This document shows positions 1 to 8,735 of a DNA stretch of 64,000 nucleotides, piece by piece. This stretch comes from Lachnospiraceae bacterium. GTDB lineage: Bacteria > Bacillota > Clostridia > Lachnospirales > Lachnospiraceae. The position numbers and the translations under genes were made by a program. The DNA lies in the NCBI GenBank assembly GCA_024699355.1, contig JAILPR010000229.1:267-64266 (forward strand). The letters run 5' to 3'. The notes below the pieces were generated by a model. The model saw only the letters and a list, made by a program, of their open reading frames with translations, had not been told where the DNA came from and did no database searches. Every line of letters starts with the position of its first letter. Position 1 is the stretch's first letter.

Positions 1-2124
1 TTCGCAGAACTTTGATCCTGCCGGAACACGTGCGCCGCAGTTCGTACAGAAGCGCGGTGCCTCCTCGGACGCTGGCGCGGGCTCCGTCTCCGGTACGTCC
101 GTCTCCTCCGGCGCGAGCGCAGGCTCCGCCTCCGGTACGTCCGTCTCCTCCGGCGCAAGCGCAGGCTCCGTCTCCGGTACATCCGTCGCCTCCGGCGCGG
201 ACTCTGTCCCGACTTCGGCTTCGGGCTCAAGGGTGATGCGTTTTTTGCCGGCTTTGTGCGCCATAATCCCAAACAGGATCGCAGCCACGCTCATCAAAAG
301 AGTTCCAAGAAAGCTTTTGATCATCACTGCCTTCCAGAATTCTCTCCTGGAAAGCGCATCTTCGATGGATTTATAGCTTTCTTCCTGTAACACACGGATC
401 AGTCCGGATCCGGTAATGTCTAAGGTTTCGTTTCTATACTGCAGGCCGCAATAGATCGTTGCGGCAAGGAAATACAGTGCGACTACGACCAGCGCCGCTG
501 TTACCATTTGCAGAATGATGCCCGGGCCGGTTTTTCCGGAGGTTTGTGCGATCTTTCCAAACAACGCCACGATCAAAAGCAGTCCAAGAGCAAGCCCAAG
601 CACCAGGAGCAGAAGCCGCAAGGTTCCTCCGCTGTTTGAAGATCCCGCACTTCCTGCGCCTCCTTTTTGATAATGCACCAGTAAGGTTCTTGAGGATGCC
701 AGGCCAAACTCATTTTCTGCGGAAAATTCCAGGAGATTATCTCCCTGACTTAATGGCAATGTTACTGTAAAGTCCAGATTTTCATCCGGTGTGATCTCTT
801 GTCCGTTCACCGTAATTTTGGCGGTACTGTCCACACAGCCGCTGATCGTGATCTCCTTGCTCTGTACGGTAATCTCATCTTCCATCCCGTACAACGTCAG
901 GATCGGGGGGACGTTTAAGGCACTGATTTCTTTACTTCTCTGATACCACATGCCTGGTGCGGTTGCATATCTGACATGAACTTCACTTAACTGATTTTCC
1001 GGAAGCATGACTGAAAAGGTTCCGCTTCCCGTCAATGTATATGTCTGCACCGCCTCTCCGATTTCCACTTCACATGCGGTATTGTCATTCTCCATGGAAT
1101 AGGACATTTCCAGCATCGATGATCCGGTTTTTTCTGCCGTTGTGATCTCGATCGTAGAGGTTACTGCCCAGGAAATATCCCGGACGTATTGGATATATTC
1201 GTCATCTCCGGTCTGAGGGGTTACCACCACACGGAGATCTCCTTCGTCACTGACAAAATTTAACGCAACTTCCGTCCCGTATTCCTCTTTTGCCAGTTCC
1301 TGAAAATATACCGGCTCAGCCGCGCTTCCCTGATACACTGCGACCAGACAGGTTTTGTAGTCTTCCCCGATGGCTGACCAGTCGATCAAAAGCTCCGATG
1401 TATCCAGATCCAGCACGGTCTTTAACAAGGTCGCATCGCCATCGACATTATGCCCCGTTACGTTAATCGCTGTTTCGATGATCGCATAATCGTTGATCTC
1501 AATTCCGTCACTATAGGTTGCATAAGCCTCCACCAAAAGATAGTAGGTTCCATCCGGCAGGTTTTCCAGATTGACATTCTGCGTTTTATCATTGCCTGTA
1601 TAGCCCCATCCACCGGTCAGTTCTTTTTGTCCGTCAATGTTGCCCTGTTCATCCAGCGTTACCGCATAAATTTCATAATCATAAGATAGATCTTCCTCTG
1701 CCTCTACCCGGAAGGATACGTCGTAATGATCTGTTTCCGTGGCAGCACAGCTTGCATCTTTGACCGCCAGATTCTGATACCAGGTCACCACCGTAAATTC
1801 TACGGTGGTATTGCTCCCTTTGTCATATTCCGCCTTCCACTCTCCGGATGGTGCATCTTTTAAATAGAAGTATGTTGTATGCGTTCCTCGCTCGACCTTG
1901 TCAAAATCTTCCTCTGCCAGCGTATCTCCGTATGGCGATGTAAAGGTTACCGCCACTTCCGCCTTATCATAATACATGCTGATGACGATATCCTGCGAAT
2001 ACTCAAGATCTGCGATCATCTGGCTCTGGGCATAAACCTTCATTGGCAGGAGAAGAAGTGCCATTAGCCACATCAGGCTCACCGCCAGCAATCCTTTTTG
2101 GAATTGTTGTCTTATCGTTCTCAT
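1..2124 (-). CDS. Partial CDS (N-terminal 708 codons; 3' end lies beyond the left window edge): secreted/membrane protein with signal peptide, beta-rich extracellular region, three hydrophobic helices, Pro/Glu-rich 14-aa repeats and a zinc-ribbon motif
   Basis: Absent from the ORF track because it has no stop in the window. Hand translation of the minus strand from ATG 2124 (GAGG 6 nt upstream) is open for all 708 codons to position 1. N-terminus MRTIRQQFQKGLLAVSLMWLMALLLLPMKVYAQ looks like a signal peptide. Hydrophobic runs: LRLLLLVLGLALGLLLIVALF, IILQMVTAALVVVALYFLAATIY, FLGTLLMSVAAILFGIM. The readable end is RFCTNCGARVPAGSKFCE. It starts 16 nt after the stop of the upstream gene. Confidence 0.75.
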   Translation of the reverse strand, partial: MRTIRQQFQKGLLAVSLMWLMALLLLPMKVYAQSQMIADLEYSQDIVISMYYDKAEVAVTFTSPYGDTLAEEDFDKVERGTHTTYFYLKDAPSGEWKAEYDKGSNTTVEFTVVTWYQNLAVKDASCAATETDHYDVSFRVEAEEDLSYDYEIYAVTLDEQGNIDGQKELTGGWGYTGNDKTQNVNLENLPDGTYYLLVEAYATYSDGIEINDYAIIETAINVTGHNVDGDATLLKTVLDLDTSELLIDWSAIGEDYKTCLVAVYQGSAAEPVYFQELAKEEYGTEVALNFVSDEGDLRVVVTPQTGDDEYIQYVRDISWAVTSTIEITTAEKTGSSMLEMSYSMENDNTACEVEIGEAVQTYTLTGSGTFSVMLPENQLSEVHVRYATAPGMWYQRSKEISALNVPPILTLYGMEDEITVQSKEITISGCVDSTAKITVNGQEITPDENLDFTVTLPLSQGDNLLEFSAENEFGLASSRTLLVHYQKGGAGSAGSSNSGGTLRLLLLVLGLALGLLLIVALFGKIAQTSGKTGPGIILQMVTAALVVVALYFLAATIYCGLQYRNETLDITGSGLIRVLQEESYKSIEDALSRREFWKAVMIKSFLGTLLMSVAAILFGIMAHKAGKKRITLEPEAEVGTESAPEATDVPETEPALAPEETDVPEAEPALAPEETDVPETEPAPASEEAPRFCTNCGARVPAGSKFCE
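81..206. repeat. 3 x 42-bp tandem repeat inside the partial CDS, encoding a 14-aa Pro/Glu/Thr-rich repeat (APEETDVPE[T/A]EPA[L/P]-like)
   Basis: Units at 81-122, 123-164 and 165-206: gctccgtctccggtacgtccgtctcctccggcgcgagcgcag / gctccgcctccggtacgtccgtctcctccggcgcaagcgcag / gctccgtctccggtacatccgtcgcctccggcgcggactctg. Confidence 0.85.
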
Positions 2125-2139
2125 TATTTTCCTCAACTC

Positions 2140-5100
2140 TTACAGTGCTCCGCCTTTGCCAAACATCAGGTTCACCAGTTCGTCTTTGTTCGGCGTTCTG
2201 ACTTTGACCGCAAATACGACATCGCCGTTGTGCTGTTCATAGAATCCCAGGAACATACTTGCCTCGCCGGTATTAAAGCGCTTTACAAACACCCACCATT
2301 CAAATTCCGCTTCCAGACTGCCTTTTCCGGTATAGCCCATGACTTTATCCGTCAGGGCCAACTGTCCGGTCAGTCCACCGTCAATATCACATAACGATCC
2401 TTCAAACTTGATCCCGACCGTAATTTCTCCGACGATACCGTTCACAGATTCTTTATTCATATTCAACAGGGCGTTGGTATAACTGATGCCGCAGCCCATT
2501 TCCAGTTTCGCGTGTCCGACCTCGATCATCTCCAGGATCTTAGCCTTTGCTTCTACCGAGATGTAAAAATCCTTCAGACAAAACTGCACGGTGATCTCTT
2601 CAAGAGATGCAACGCTGACATCCTCGATCCAGTCTGCCTTGATGTATTTCTCCAGCTTCGGCATGAAGGCCGATAATTTTACAAACGAAAGCGAGCACCC
2701 GCCGGTCAGCTTCATCTTGATCAGCTCTCCGTAGGTCAGGTTCTCTACTTTCGAAATATCCTCAACGCCCAGTTTAAAGTCATGGATCGTTGCCGGGATA
2801 TTGCCGATCATCGTATCGACCTCATAATCACAGTAAAGCATGATCTTATCAAGGCGCAGCTCCGCCGGCTTCGAGCTGTCCGAACGGGAAGGATCCGTCA
2901 ACGCGATCTCTAAGCCGACGCCGTCTGCCAGAAATGCAACATCGGCCTTGATCTTAAAGTCTACTTCCCCTTCTTCGGAATCGATCTTTGCATAAAAGCT
3001 TCCGGATCCTAAATAAATGGGCATATTACCAAAGCCTACCGGATAATAATCCTCCTGGTTGTCACTGTCTGCGACTTTGATCTCAAACTTGATATCGATC
3101 CGGTCTTTTCCCAACACCAGTGTCTCATCCGAATCAATCGTCATCATAATATCGTCCGCGATTTTGGTTTTTTTGATGATCGTATCCTGGAACGGCACAT
3201 CCGGTGTAAATTCATTAAAGTTGATCTCTGCTTTGCTTGGCAGGATCCGAACACCCGGATGGGAAATATTGATGATGTTGTATAAGGTGATCAGATCCTG
3301 TGTCGGCACGGCTTCCGCTTTATAGTCGCCCGACTCTGCCGGTACGGAATGATCTTTGTACAGGACAATCGATTCAAACTGCGGGAGCGCGACATACCCG
3401 ACATATTTTGCAACCATCGACGTGATCACATTCAGATCGGAACCGTTTTCGCTATATCTTACATATGCATCATCGCAGAACATGGAGATCTGCGTATCTT
3501 CTTCGATGTTGCCTCTCAGCACGACATCGCCATGGAAGCTCAGCCAGCCGTTCATCTGCACATATCCACTAAGCAACGTCTCGTCTCCGTACGATGCGAT
3601 TGAAGGTGCCGTAAAGACATAGCCGCCAAAAGTCACGGATGATAATGTACCATCATAAATACAGAGTCCGTCATCAAACACCACGCGCTTCCCATCGACA
3701 GTCACATAGACATCATATACATTGACGCCTGCGCCTGCCGGCAGTGTCAGCTTCCAGCACTGATCGTTTTCATATTCCGCCGTCAGTTCATATTCCACCC
3801 CGGCATGAATGCTGACCTGGATTTCTTTGTCATTTGTAAGGCCCGTTCCGATTAAATGCAGTGTCTGGTCTTTACTGTTATGCGCTACCAGACGCTCCTT
3901 TAATCCGTTGACCGTCACATTCTGCAAAGATACTGCATATTCTTCACCCAGCTCATCTCCGTAAACGTCGTACAGACTATAGCTCATCTCATCACAGTAG
4001 CCTCGGTCCGGGATATATTCGATCTGCAGCTTTCGGTTGACGGTCATGGTATCTACTGCCGTGTATTCGATGCGGAACCGGTTATTGCTGATCTGATAAA
4101 TATACTTGTAGAACTCCTCGATCGATGCCGCAGAGGATACAAAGCTGTATTGCCCGCCACAGGCGCCGGAATAGGCGCTCAGCACTGCAGAGTCCACATC
4201 GCCGCCAAGTCCCATCGTATAGAGCATGGCTCCTTTTTCATCACACTGTGCGCTCAGTTCCTCCAGCTGTGAATAATTCGGCATACTATCCTGTCCGTCA
4301 GACATGAGGATCACCATATTCAGCGCCCCGTCCTTGAAGGAAGGAAGTTCCCCGATCGATGAAACAACTGCGCTATAGATATTGGTCCCGCCACTGGCCG
4401 AGAGACCATCGATCACGCTCTTTAGCTGTGCTGCCGAAGATCCGAGACCTGCTCCACTCTCTACTCCACCGGAAAACGGAATGATCGCTACATTCACCTG
4501 CGCATCAAGCCCTGATACAAACGTCGATAAAGCCGTGCGCAAATACTCAATCTTTTCGCCTTCCATACTGCCGGATTTATCACAGCAGAGCACGATATTT
4601 ACTTCCGTAGTCGGCAGCTTTGTGACTTTCACATCACGTAATTCCACACCCGTATCGATCACCCGGATGTTCTGTAAAAACTTTTCTTCCGAATCAGCCA
4701 GCGATTCATCCAATGCAATAATCGCTGATACATCATCAAAATTAGATGCATCAATGCTGACAATGTTCATCGCACTTGTCTTTTGACTGACCTGATCGGA
4801 TACATACTGGGTAAAGGATTCATCCCCGCTGACCTGCGCTGCGATCTCATTTGCAAATTCATCATCCGAAGACTTGGCTGCCGCGATGATCCCGGAATCA
4901 TCCGTGCGCTGCCCATCCGCAGTCTGCAGTGATGGTTTGTCCGCTTTGCCTGCTGCCGCAGCATCCTCTTGTTCCGCTTTATCTTCCTCGATCAGTCCTT
5001 TCATCTGTGTCACCTGCATATTGGCAACCAGATAACTTGCATATGCATCGATTTCTTTGAGCAGCTCGGTATCTTCCTTATTTTCAACGATTTCATTCAG

Positions 5101-6294
5101 ACGGTTTACCGGCCCGATGTAAGAGGCATCATCACTGCTCCCTGCCAGTGCCAATGCCTTTTGCAGATAAAGCTGTGCCTGTGCATCTCCTTCATCTTCA
5201 TAGGAGAGACGTGACAGTAACAAATATAATTTGGAACTTTCACTTTCGTTCGGCTTGTTTGCTGCTTCCAACAGCTGCTCTTTGATCCAGAGACGATACG
5301 CACTTTTGGAATTGTTGGTTGCTTCTTCCAACTCTGCCAGTGCTGCCTCTATCACTTCCTGATCGTTCTTGCTAAAATCGCTCTTCTCTTCCTGCTCGCT
5401 GATCCATTCAAGACAAACCTGTGCAAGTTGTGCGCGCTCTTCCAGATATACATTTCCCTTCAGATCGGATGCGGAAATCTTTCCCTGACGATATAATTCT
5501 CCGAACATCAACAACTGTGTCGTATTATCCCACCGATCGGTGATCTGTGCGACCGTTTCATAATCGCCTGCCATCGTCAGTGCCTGCATTCTGGAAATAA
5601 CGATCGTCGATAAGGCACAGAGATCCGGCGTTTTTTCTGCCATATCCGCATACTTCTTTGCAAGCTTCTCTGCCTTGTCGCGATCGATCTCTCCTTCGTT
5701 TTGTGCCTTACGGACCAGCTTTTCCACATCTGCATAGAGTTCCGCCAGCTTCATGACTTCCTGCGAAATCTCTACCTGATCGATTCCATCCTGAATGGTC
5801 TCAAACAGACTCGCGGTTTTGCCATCTGCCAGATCAATGCAATCGATCACTTCTTTCTGCTCATCTTCAACCTGTTCCTCATCCGGTAAATTCTTTGCAT
5901 CATTCAAAACCTGCGTATAGAGCGCTTCTGCTTCTTTATAGCTTCCCTCCATTGCGCACAGTCTTGCCTTTGCCAGAAGGTAGTTCGTATCATATCCTTC
6001 TTCCGTCAGATAATCCCGCAAAAAATCCTGCGCGGCTTCATAGCTCTCCCGGCTCATCATCGCATAGCTCAAGGTCAGATAGTTTTCATTGCTCAGTACT
6101 TGTTCCTGTTTCTGACCTGCATCGGTCATTTCCGTATATTGTCGCTGGATTGCCATGCCTCCCAGCCCACACAAAAAAAGCAGAATACATTCCGTGATCC
6201 AGATGATTCTGCTTTTCTTTGCAATGATCGCCAGCACCAGGCTCACCAATATCATGATCCCGATTCCGCACATAATCTGCCATTGTTCTATCAT
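2140..6294 (-). CDS. Large (1384 aa) membrane-anchored von Willebrand factor A (vWA) domain protein with helical/TPR-like N-terminal region and ~700-aa uncharacterised beta-rich C-terminal region
   Basis: ORF track. Two N-terminal hydrophobic helices (CGIGIMILVSLVLAIIA, IIWITECILLFLCGLGGMAI). An acidic helical repeat-like region follows. MIDAS-type vWA motif VLCCDKSGSMEG (DxSxS) with downstream GGTNIY and LMSDGQD. G-rich RBS (GGGGGG) upstream of ATG 6294. Confidence 0.85.
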   Translation of the reverse strand: MIEQWQIMCGIGIMILVSLVLAIIAKKSRIIWITECILLFLCGLGGMAIQRQYTEMTDAGQKQEQVLSNENYLTLSYAMMSRESYEAAQDFLRDYLTEEGYDTNYLLAKARLCAMEGSYKEAEALYTQVLNDAKNLPDEEQVEDEQKEVIDCIDLADGKTASLFETIQDGIDQVEISQEVMKLAELYADVEKLVRKAQNEGEIDRDKAEKLAKKYADMAEKTPDLCALSTIVISRMQALTMAGDYETVAQITDRWDNTTQLLMFGELYRQGKISASDLKGNVYLEERAQLAQVCLEWISEQEEKSDFSKNDQEVIEAALAELEEATNNSKSAYRLWIKEQLLEAANKPNESESSKLYLLLSRLSYEDEGDAQAQLYLQKALALAGSSDDASYIGPVNRLNEIVENKEDTELLKEIDAYASYLVANMQVTQMKGLIEEDKAEQEDAAAAGKADKPSLQTADGQRTDDSGIIAAAKSSDDEFANEIAAQVSGDESFTQYVSDQVSQKTSAMNIVSIDASNFDDVSAIIALDESLADSEEKFLQNIRVIDTGVELRDVKVTKLPTTEVNIVLCCDKSGSMEGEKIEYLRTALSTFVSGLDAQVNVAIIPFSGGVESGAGLGSSAAQLKSVIDGLSASGGTNIYSAVVSSIGELPSFKDGALNMVILMSDGQDSMPNYSQLEELSAQCDEKGAMLYTMGLGGDVDSAVLSAYSGACGGQYSFVSSAASIEEFYKYIYQISNNRFRIEYTAVDTMTVNRKLQIEYIPDRGYCDEMSYSLYDVYGDELGEEYAVSLQNVTVNGLKERLVAHNSKDQTLHLIGTGLTNDKEIQVSIHAGVEYELTAEYENDQCWKLTLPAGAGVNVYDVYVTVDGKRVVFDDGLCIYDGTLSSVTFGGYVFTAPSIASYGDETLLSGYVQMNGWLSFHGDVVLRGNIEEDTQISMFCDDAYVRYSENGSDLNVITSMVAKYVGYVALPQFESIVLYKDHSVPAESGDYKAEAVPTQDLITLYNIINISHPGVRILPSKAEINFNEFTPDVPFQDTIIKKTKIADDIMMTIDSDETLVLGKDRIDIKFEIKVADSDNQEDYYPVGFGNMPIYLGSGSFYAKIDSEEGEVDFKIKADVAFLADGVGLEIALTDPSRSDSSKPAELRLDKIMLYCDYEVDTMIGNIPATIHDFKLGVEDISKVENLTYGELIKMKLTGGCSLSFVKLSAFMPKLEKYIKADWIEDVSVASLEEITVQFCLKDFYISVEAKAKILEMIEVGHAKLEMGCGISYTNALLNMNKESVNGIVGEITVGIKFEGSLCDIDGGLTGQLALTDKVMGYTGKGSLEAEFEWWVFVKRFNTGEASMFLGFYEQHNGDVVFAVKVRTPNKDELVNLMFGKGGAL

Positions 6295-6320
6295 ATGATC
6301 CCCCCTGATCTATTTTTCAT

Positions 6321-6355
6321 AAAAAAAGGAAATCGACTCTCCCAAATCGATTTCC
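6321..6355 (-). terminator. Rho-independent terminator following tRNA-Arg
   Basis: Minus strand reads GGAAATCGA-(10 nt loop)-TCGATTTCC followed by TTTTTTT. The 9-bp perfect stem is at 6328-6336 / 6347-6355. Confidence 0.7.
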
Positions 6356-6361
6356 GCCTAA

Positions 6362-6435
6362 CGTCCACGAGGTGATTCGAACACCCGACCTACCGCTTAG
6401 GAGGCGGTCGCTCTATCCAGCTGAGCTACGCAGAC
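6362..6435 (-). tRNA. tRNA-Arg (anticodon CCT)
   Basis: Minus strand: GTCTGCGTAGCTCAGCTGGATAGAGCGACCGCCTCCTAAGCGGTAGGTCGGGTGTTCGAATCACCTCGTGGACG. It folds by hand into a cloverleaf. Acceptor stem is 7 bp (two G-U pairs). D stem GCTC/GAGC. Anticodon stem ACCGC/GCGGT with loop CTCCTAA. T stem GGGTG/CACCT with TTCGAAT loop. CCA is not encoded. Confidence 0.9.
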
Positions 6436-6453
6436 AAACGTGCGCTTGCACAT

Positions 6454-7344
6454 TTATTTGGTTTCTTCAGGAAAATTGATTCTGCCCTGCAGCCAGATGA
6501 TTCCCTTGAAACGACGACCTACTTTCGGCTCGCCATACAGGTCTATTTTATTGATGCAAACATCAAAAGTCAAATCATTGCAATTCAATCCCAAAATATA
6601 AATTTCTTCTCCGGTATAACTGTTTTTTTCCGATCGGACAGACGCAATCTCTCCAAGAACAGAATATTGATCACACTCCACACCATACGGCATAAAGTAG
6701 GTATCTACCAGCGTTAACAGATCGACATTAATGATCTTTCGCGAGAGCAGATTGTAGGTATCCATGTCTTTTAATGTCAGCGTCTCGATTGCATCTTCAT
6801 CACCGCGTCTTGCCTTCGCTACAAGGCGGCTGCGATCTTTGGTATCTTTATTGACACGATCCACGTCTTCCTGATTTTTTTCCAATGCCAGAAGGATCGT
6901 ACCATTCGTTGATAAGGCGCTCATTGTCATCGTCGTACCACGGATCGGTAAGAGATGATTGTTTTTGATCCGCACATACGGGATCATGTTTTGCAGATAA
7001 AATACCAGCGTCACACCGACTCTCGGATCATCGCATACTCCGGCATAAGATTCCCGATCCGCATGCATTTCGATGGTGATGTCCTCTTCGGTCGTCACCC
7101 CGCTTCCGATAAAATACGGATAATAATACTCGTATGCAAAGTGATCCTCATTATCGTATTCGCCGCATACGGCGATCCCGAAGCTATCGGAGAAATCTTT
7201 GCTAAACTGCGCCAGCGCTGTGTCGTTTTCTTTGGTCGTATAGCTTCTCGATGTGGCATTGGTCAGTATTTCCATGACGATGTCGTGCATCTCACGGTTG
7301 TTTTTGATATTGGAAAAGCCAATCGCTCTCAAATATTTATGCAA
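6454..7344 (-). CDS. Conserved hypothetical protein (DUF3881-like by recollection of the MHKYLRAIGFS N-terminus)
   Basis: The ORF track gives 6454..7353 (GTG). GGAGG at 7353-7357 sits 8 nt before a TTG at 7344, which gives MHKYLRAIGFSNIK... and is the more likely start. The family name is from memory, not from a search. Confidence 0.65.
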   Translation of the reverse strand: MHKYLRAIGFSNIKNNREMHDIVMEILTNATSRSYTTKENDTALAQFSKDFSDSFGIAVCGEYDNEDHFAYEYYYPYFIGSGVTTEEDITIEMHADRESYAGVCDDPRVGVTLVFYLQNMIPYVRIKNNHLLPIRGTTMTMSALSTNGTILLALEKNQEDVDRVNKDTKDRSRLVAKARRGDEDAIETLTLKDMDTYNLLSRKIINVDLLTLVDTYFMPYGVECDQYSVLGEIASVRSEKNSYTGEEIYILGLNCNDLTFDVCINKIDLYGEPKVGRRFKGIIWLQGRINFPEETK

Positions 7345-7412
7345 AGATTTCACCTCCTTCCTCAGGTCTCTTTAGGCTTTTTATTTATGGACGAAGTTCG
7401 TGCTATCCCGTC

Positions 7413-8696
7413 TTATGGACGAAGTTCACTCTTACCGCCCATATACGGACGAAGTACTTCCGGAATTGCAACGGAGCCGTCTTCTCTTAAGTTGTTCTCC
7501 AAAAATGCGATCAGCATTCTCGGCGGAGCTACAACCGTATTATTTAATGTATGTGCAAAATACTTGTTGCCATCTGCCCCTTTGACACGGATCTTCAATC
7601 GTCTTGCCTGTGCATCACCAAGGTTCGAGCAACTGCCAACCTCAAAGTATTTCTTCTGTCTCGGAGACCAGGCTTCCACGTCGATGGATTTTACCTTCAG
7701 ATCCGCCAGGTCACCGGAGCAGCACTCTAATGTTCTGACCGGAATATCCAATGAACGGAATAAATCTACAGTGTTCTGCCATAATTTGTCAAACCACATC
7801 TTGGACTCTTCCGGCTTGCAGACAACGATCATTTCCTGCTTCTCAAACTGGTGAATACGATAGACACCTCTCTCCTCGATGCCGTGTGCACCTTTTTCCT
7901 TACGGAAACACGGAGAGTAGCTGGTCAGGGTCTTTGGCAGTTCTTCCTCATTGATCATCGTATCAATGAACTTACCGATCATAGAATGTTCGGAAGTACC
8001 GATCAGATATAAATCCTCCCCTTCGATCTTATACATCATGGCATCCATTTCCGGGAAGCTCATAACGCCGGATACCACATTGCCGTGAATCATAAACGGC
8101 GGGATGCAGTAGGTAAAACCGCGATCGATCATAAAGTCACGGGCATACGCAAGAACTGCAGAGTGAAGTCTTGCAATGTCACCCATCAGATAATAAAATC
8201 CGTTTCCGGCAACCTTTCTTGCTGCGTCAAGGTCGATACCGTTTAATTTTTCCATGATGTCGGTATGGTACGGAATTTCAAATGCCGGGACCACCGGATC
8301 ACCGTATTTCTGAATTTCTACATTTTCTTCGTCGTTTTTACCGATCGGAACCGATGGGTCAATGATGTTCGGAATGACCATCATGATGTTGGTTACTTTT
8401 TCCTCTAATTCAGCCTGCTTCTTTTCCAGCTCCGCAAGTTTTTCGGAATCAGCGGTTACTTCCGCTTTCTTTGCTTCCGCTTCTTCTTTCTTGCCTTCCT
8501 TCATCAGCATACCGATCTCTTTAGCAATTCTGTTCTTTGCTGCCTTCAGATCATCCGCTTCCTGCTGTACAGCTCTTCGCTCTGTATCCAGTTCGATGAC
8601 TTCATCGACCAGCGGCAATTTGCTGTCCTGGAATTTCTTTTTGATGTTTTCCTTTACAATTTCCGGATTCTCTCTTAAAAACTTAATGTCAATCAT
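7413..8696 (-). CDS. serS: Seryl-tRNA synthetase
   Basis: 427 aa. N-terminal coiled-coil arm (MIDIKFLRENPEIVKENIKKK...) and class II core motifs (FRKEKGAHG, GSCSNLGDAQARR). Confidence 0.95.
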   Translation of the reverse strand: MIDIKFLRENPEIVKENIKKKFQDSKLPLVDEVIELDTERRAVQQEADDLKAAKNRIAKEIGMLMKEGKKEEAEAKKAEVTADSEKLAELEKKQAELEEKVTNIMMVIPNIIDPSVPIGKNDEENVEIQKYGDPVVPAFEIPYHTDIMEKLNGIDLDAARKVAGNGFYYLMGDIARLHSAVLAYARDFMIDRGFTYCIPPFMIHGNVVSGVMSFPEMDAMMYKIEGEDLYLIGTSEHSMIGKFIDTMINEEELPKTLTSYSPCFRKEKGAHGIEERGVYRIHQFEKQEMIVVCKPEESKMWFDKLWQNTVDLFRSLDIPVRTLECCSGDLADLKVKSIDVEAWSPRQKKYFEVGSCSNLGDAQARRLKIRVKGADGNKYFAHTLNNTVVAPPRMLIAFLENNLREDGSVAIPEVLRPYMGGKSELRP

Positions 8697-8735
8697 GACA
8701 CCCTCCTATTGATAAGCACTTTATGCTGTTCTTTA

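Noticed and set aside
12-236. Plus-strand 74-aa Pro/Ala/Ser-rich ORF (…APSPVRPSPPARAQAPPP…)
   Set aside because: It is the antisense shadow of the 42-bp tandem repeat inside the minus-strand CDS 1..2124. It has no RBS, and its low-complexity sequence is generated by the repeat.
6295-6361. tRNA-Arg as the boundary of an integrated genomic island covering 1..6294
   Set aside because: No integrase, no direct repeat of the tRNA 3' end and no other mobility genes are visible in the window. The composition of 1..6294 resembles the right-hand part of the window rather than being an outlier. This cannot be excluded, because the left edge is missing.
6955-7854. 299-aa plus-strand ORF
   Set aside because: It runs antisense across two well-supported minus-strand genes (the DUF3881-like gene and serS) and across their intergenic spacer. 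It has no RBS or recognisable motifs, so it is a stop-poor shadow frame.
7345-8735. T-box leaders upstream of serS (and of proS at 49285-49420)
   Set aside because: The upstream spacers are only about 39 nt (serS) and about 45 nt of predicted 5' UTR (proS). That is far too short for a T-box riboswitch, and no specifier-loop or T-box sequence is seen.
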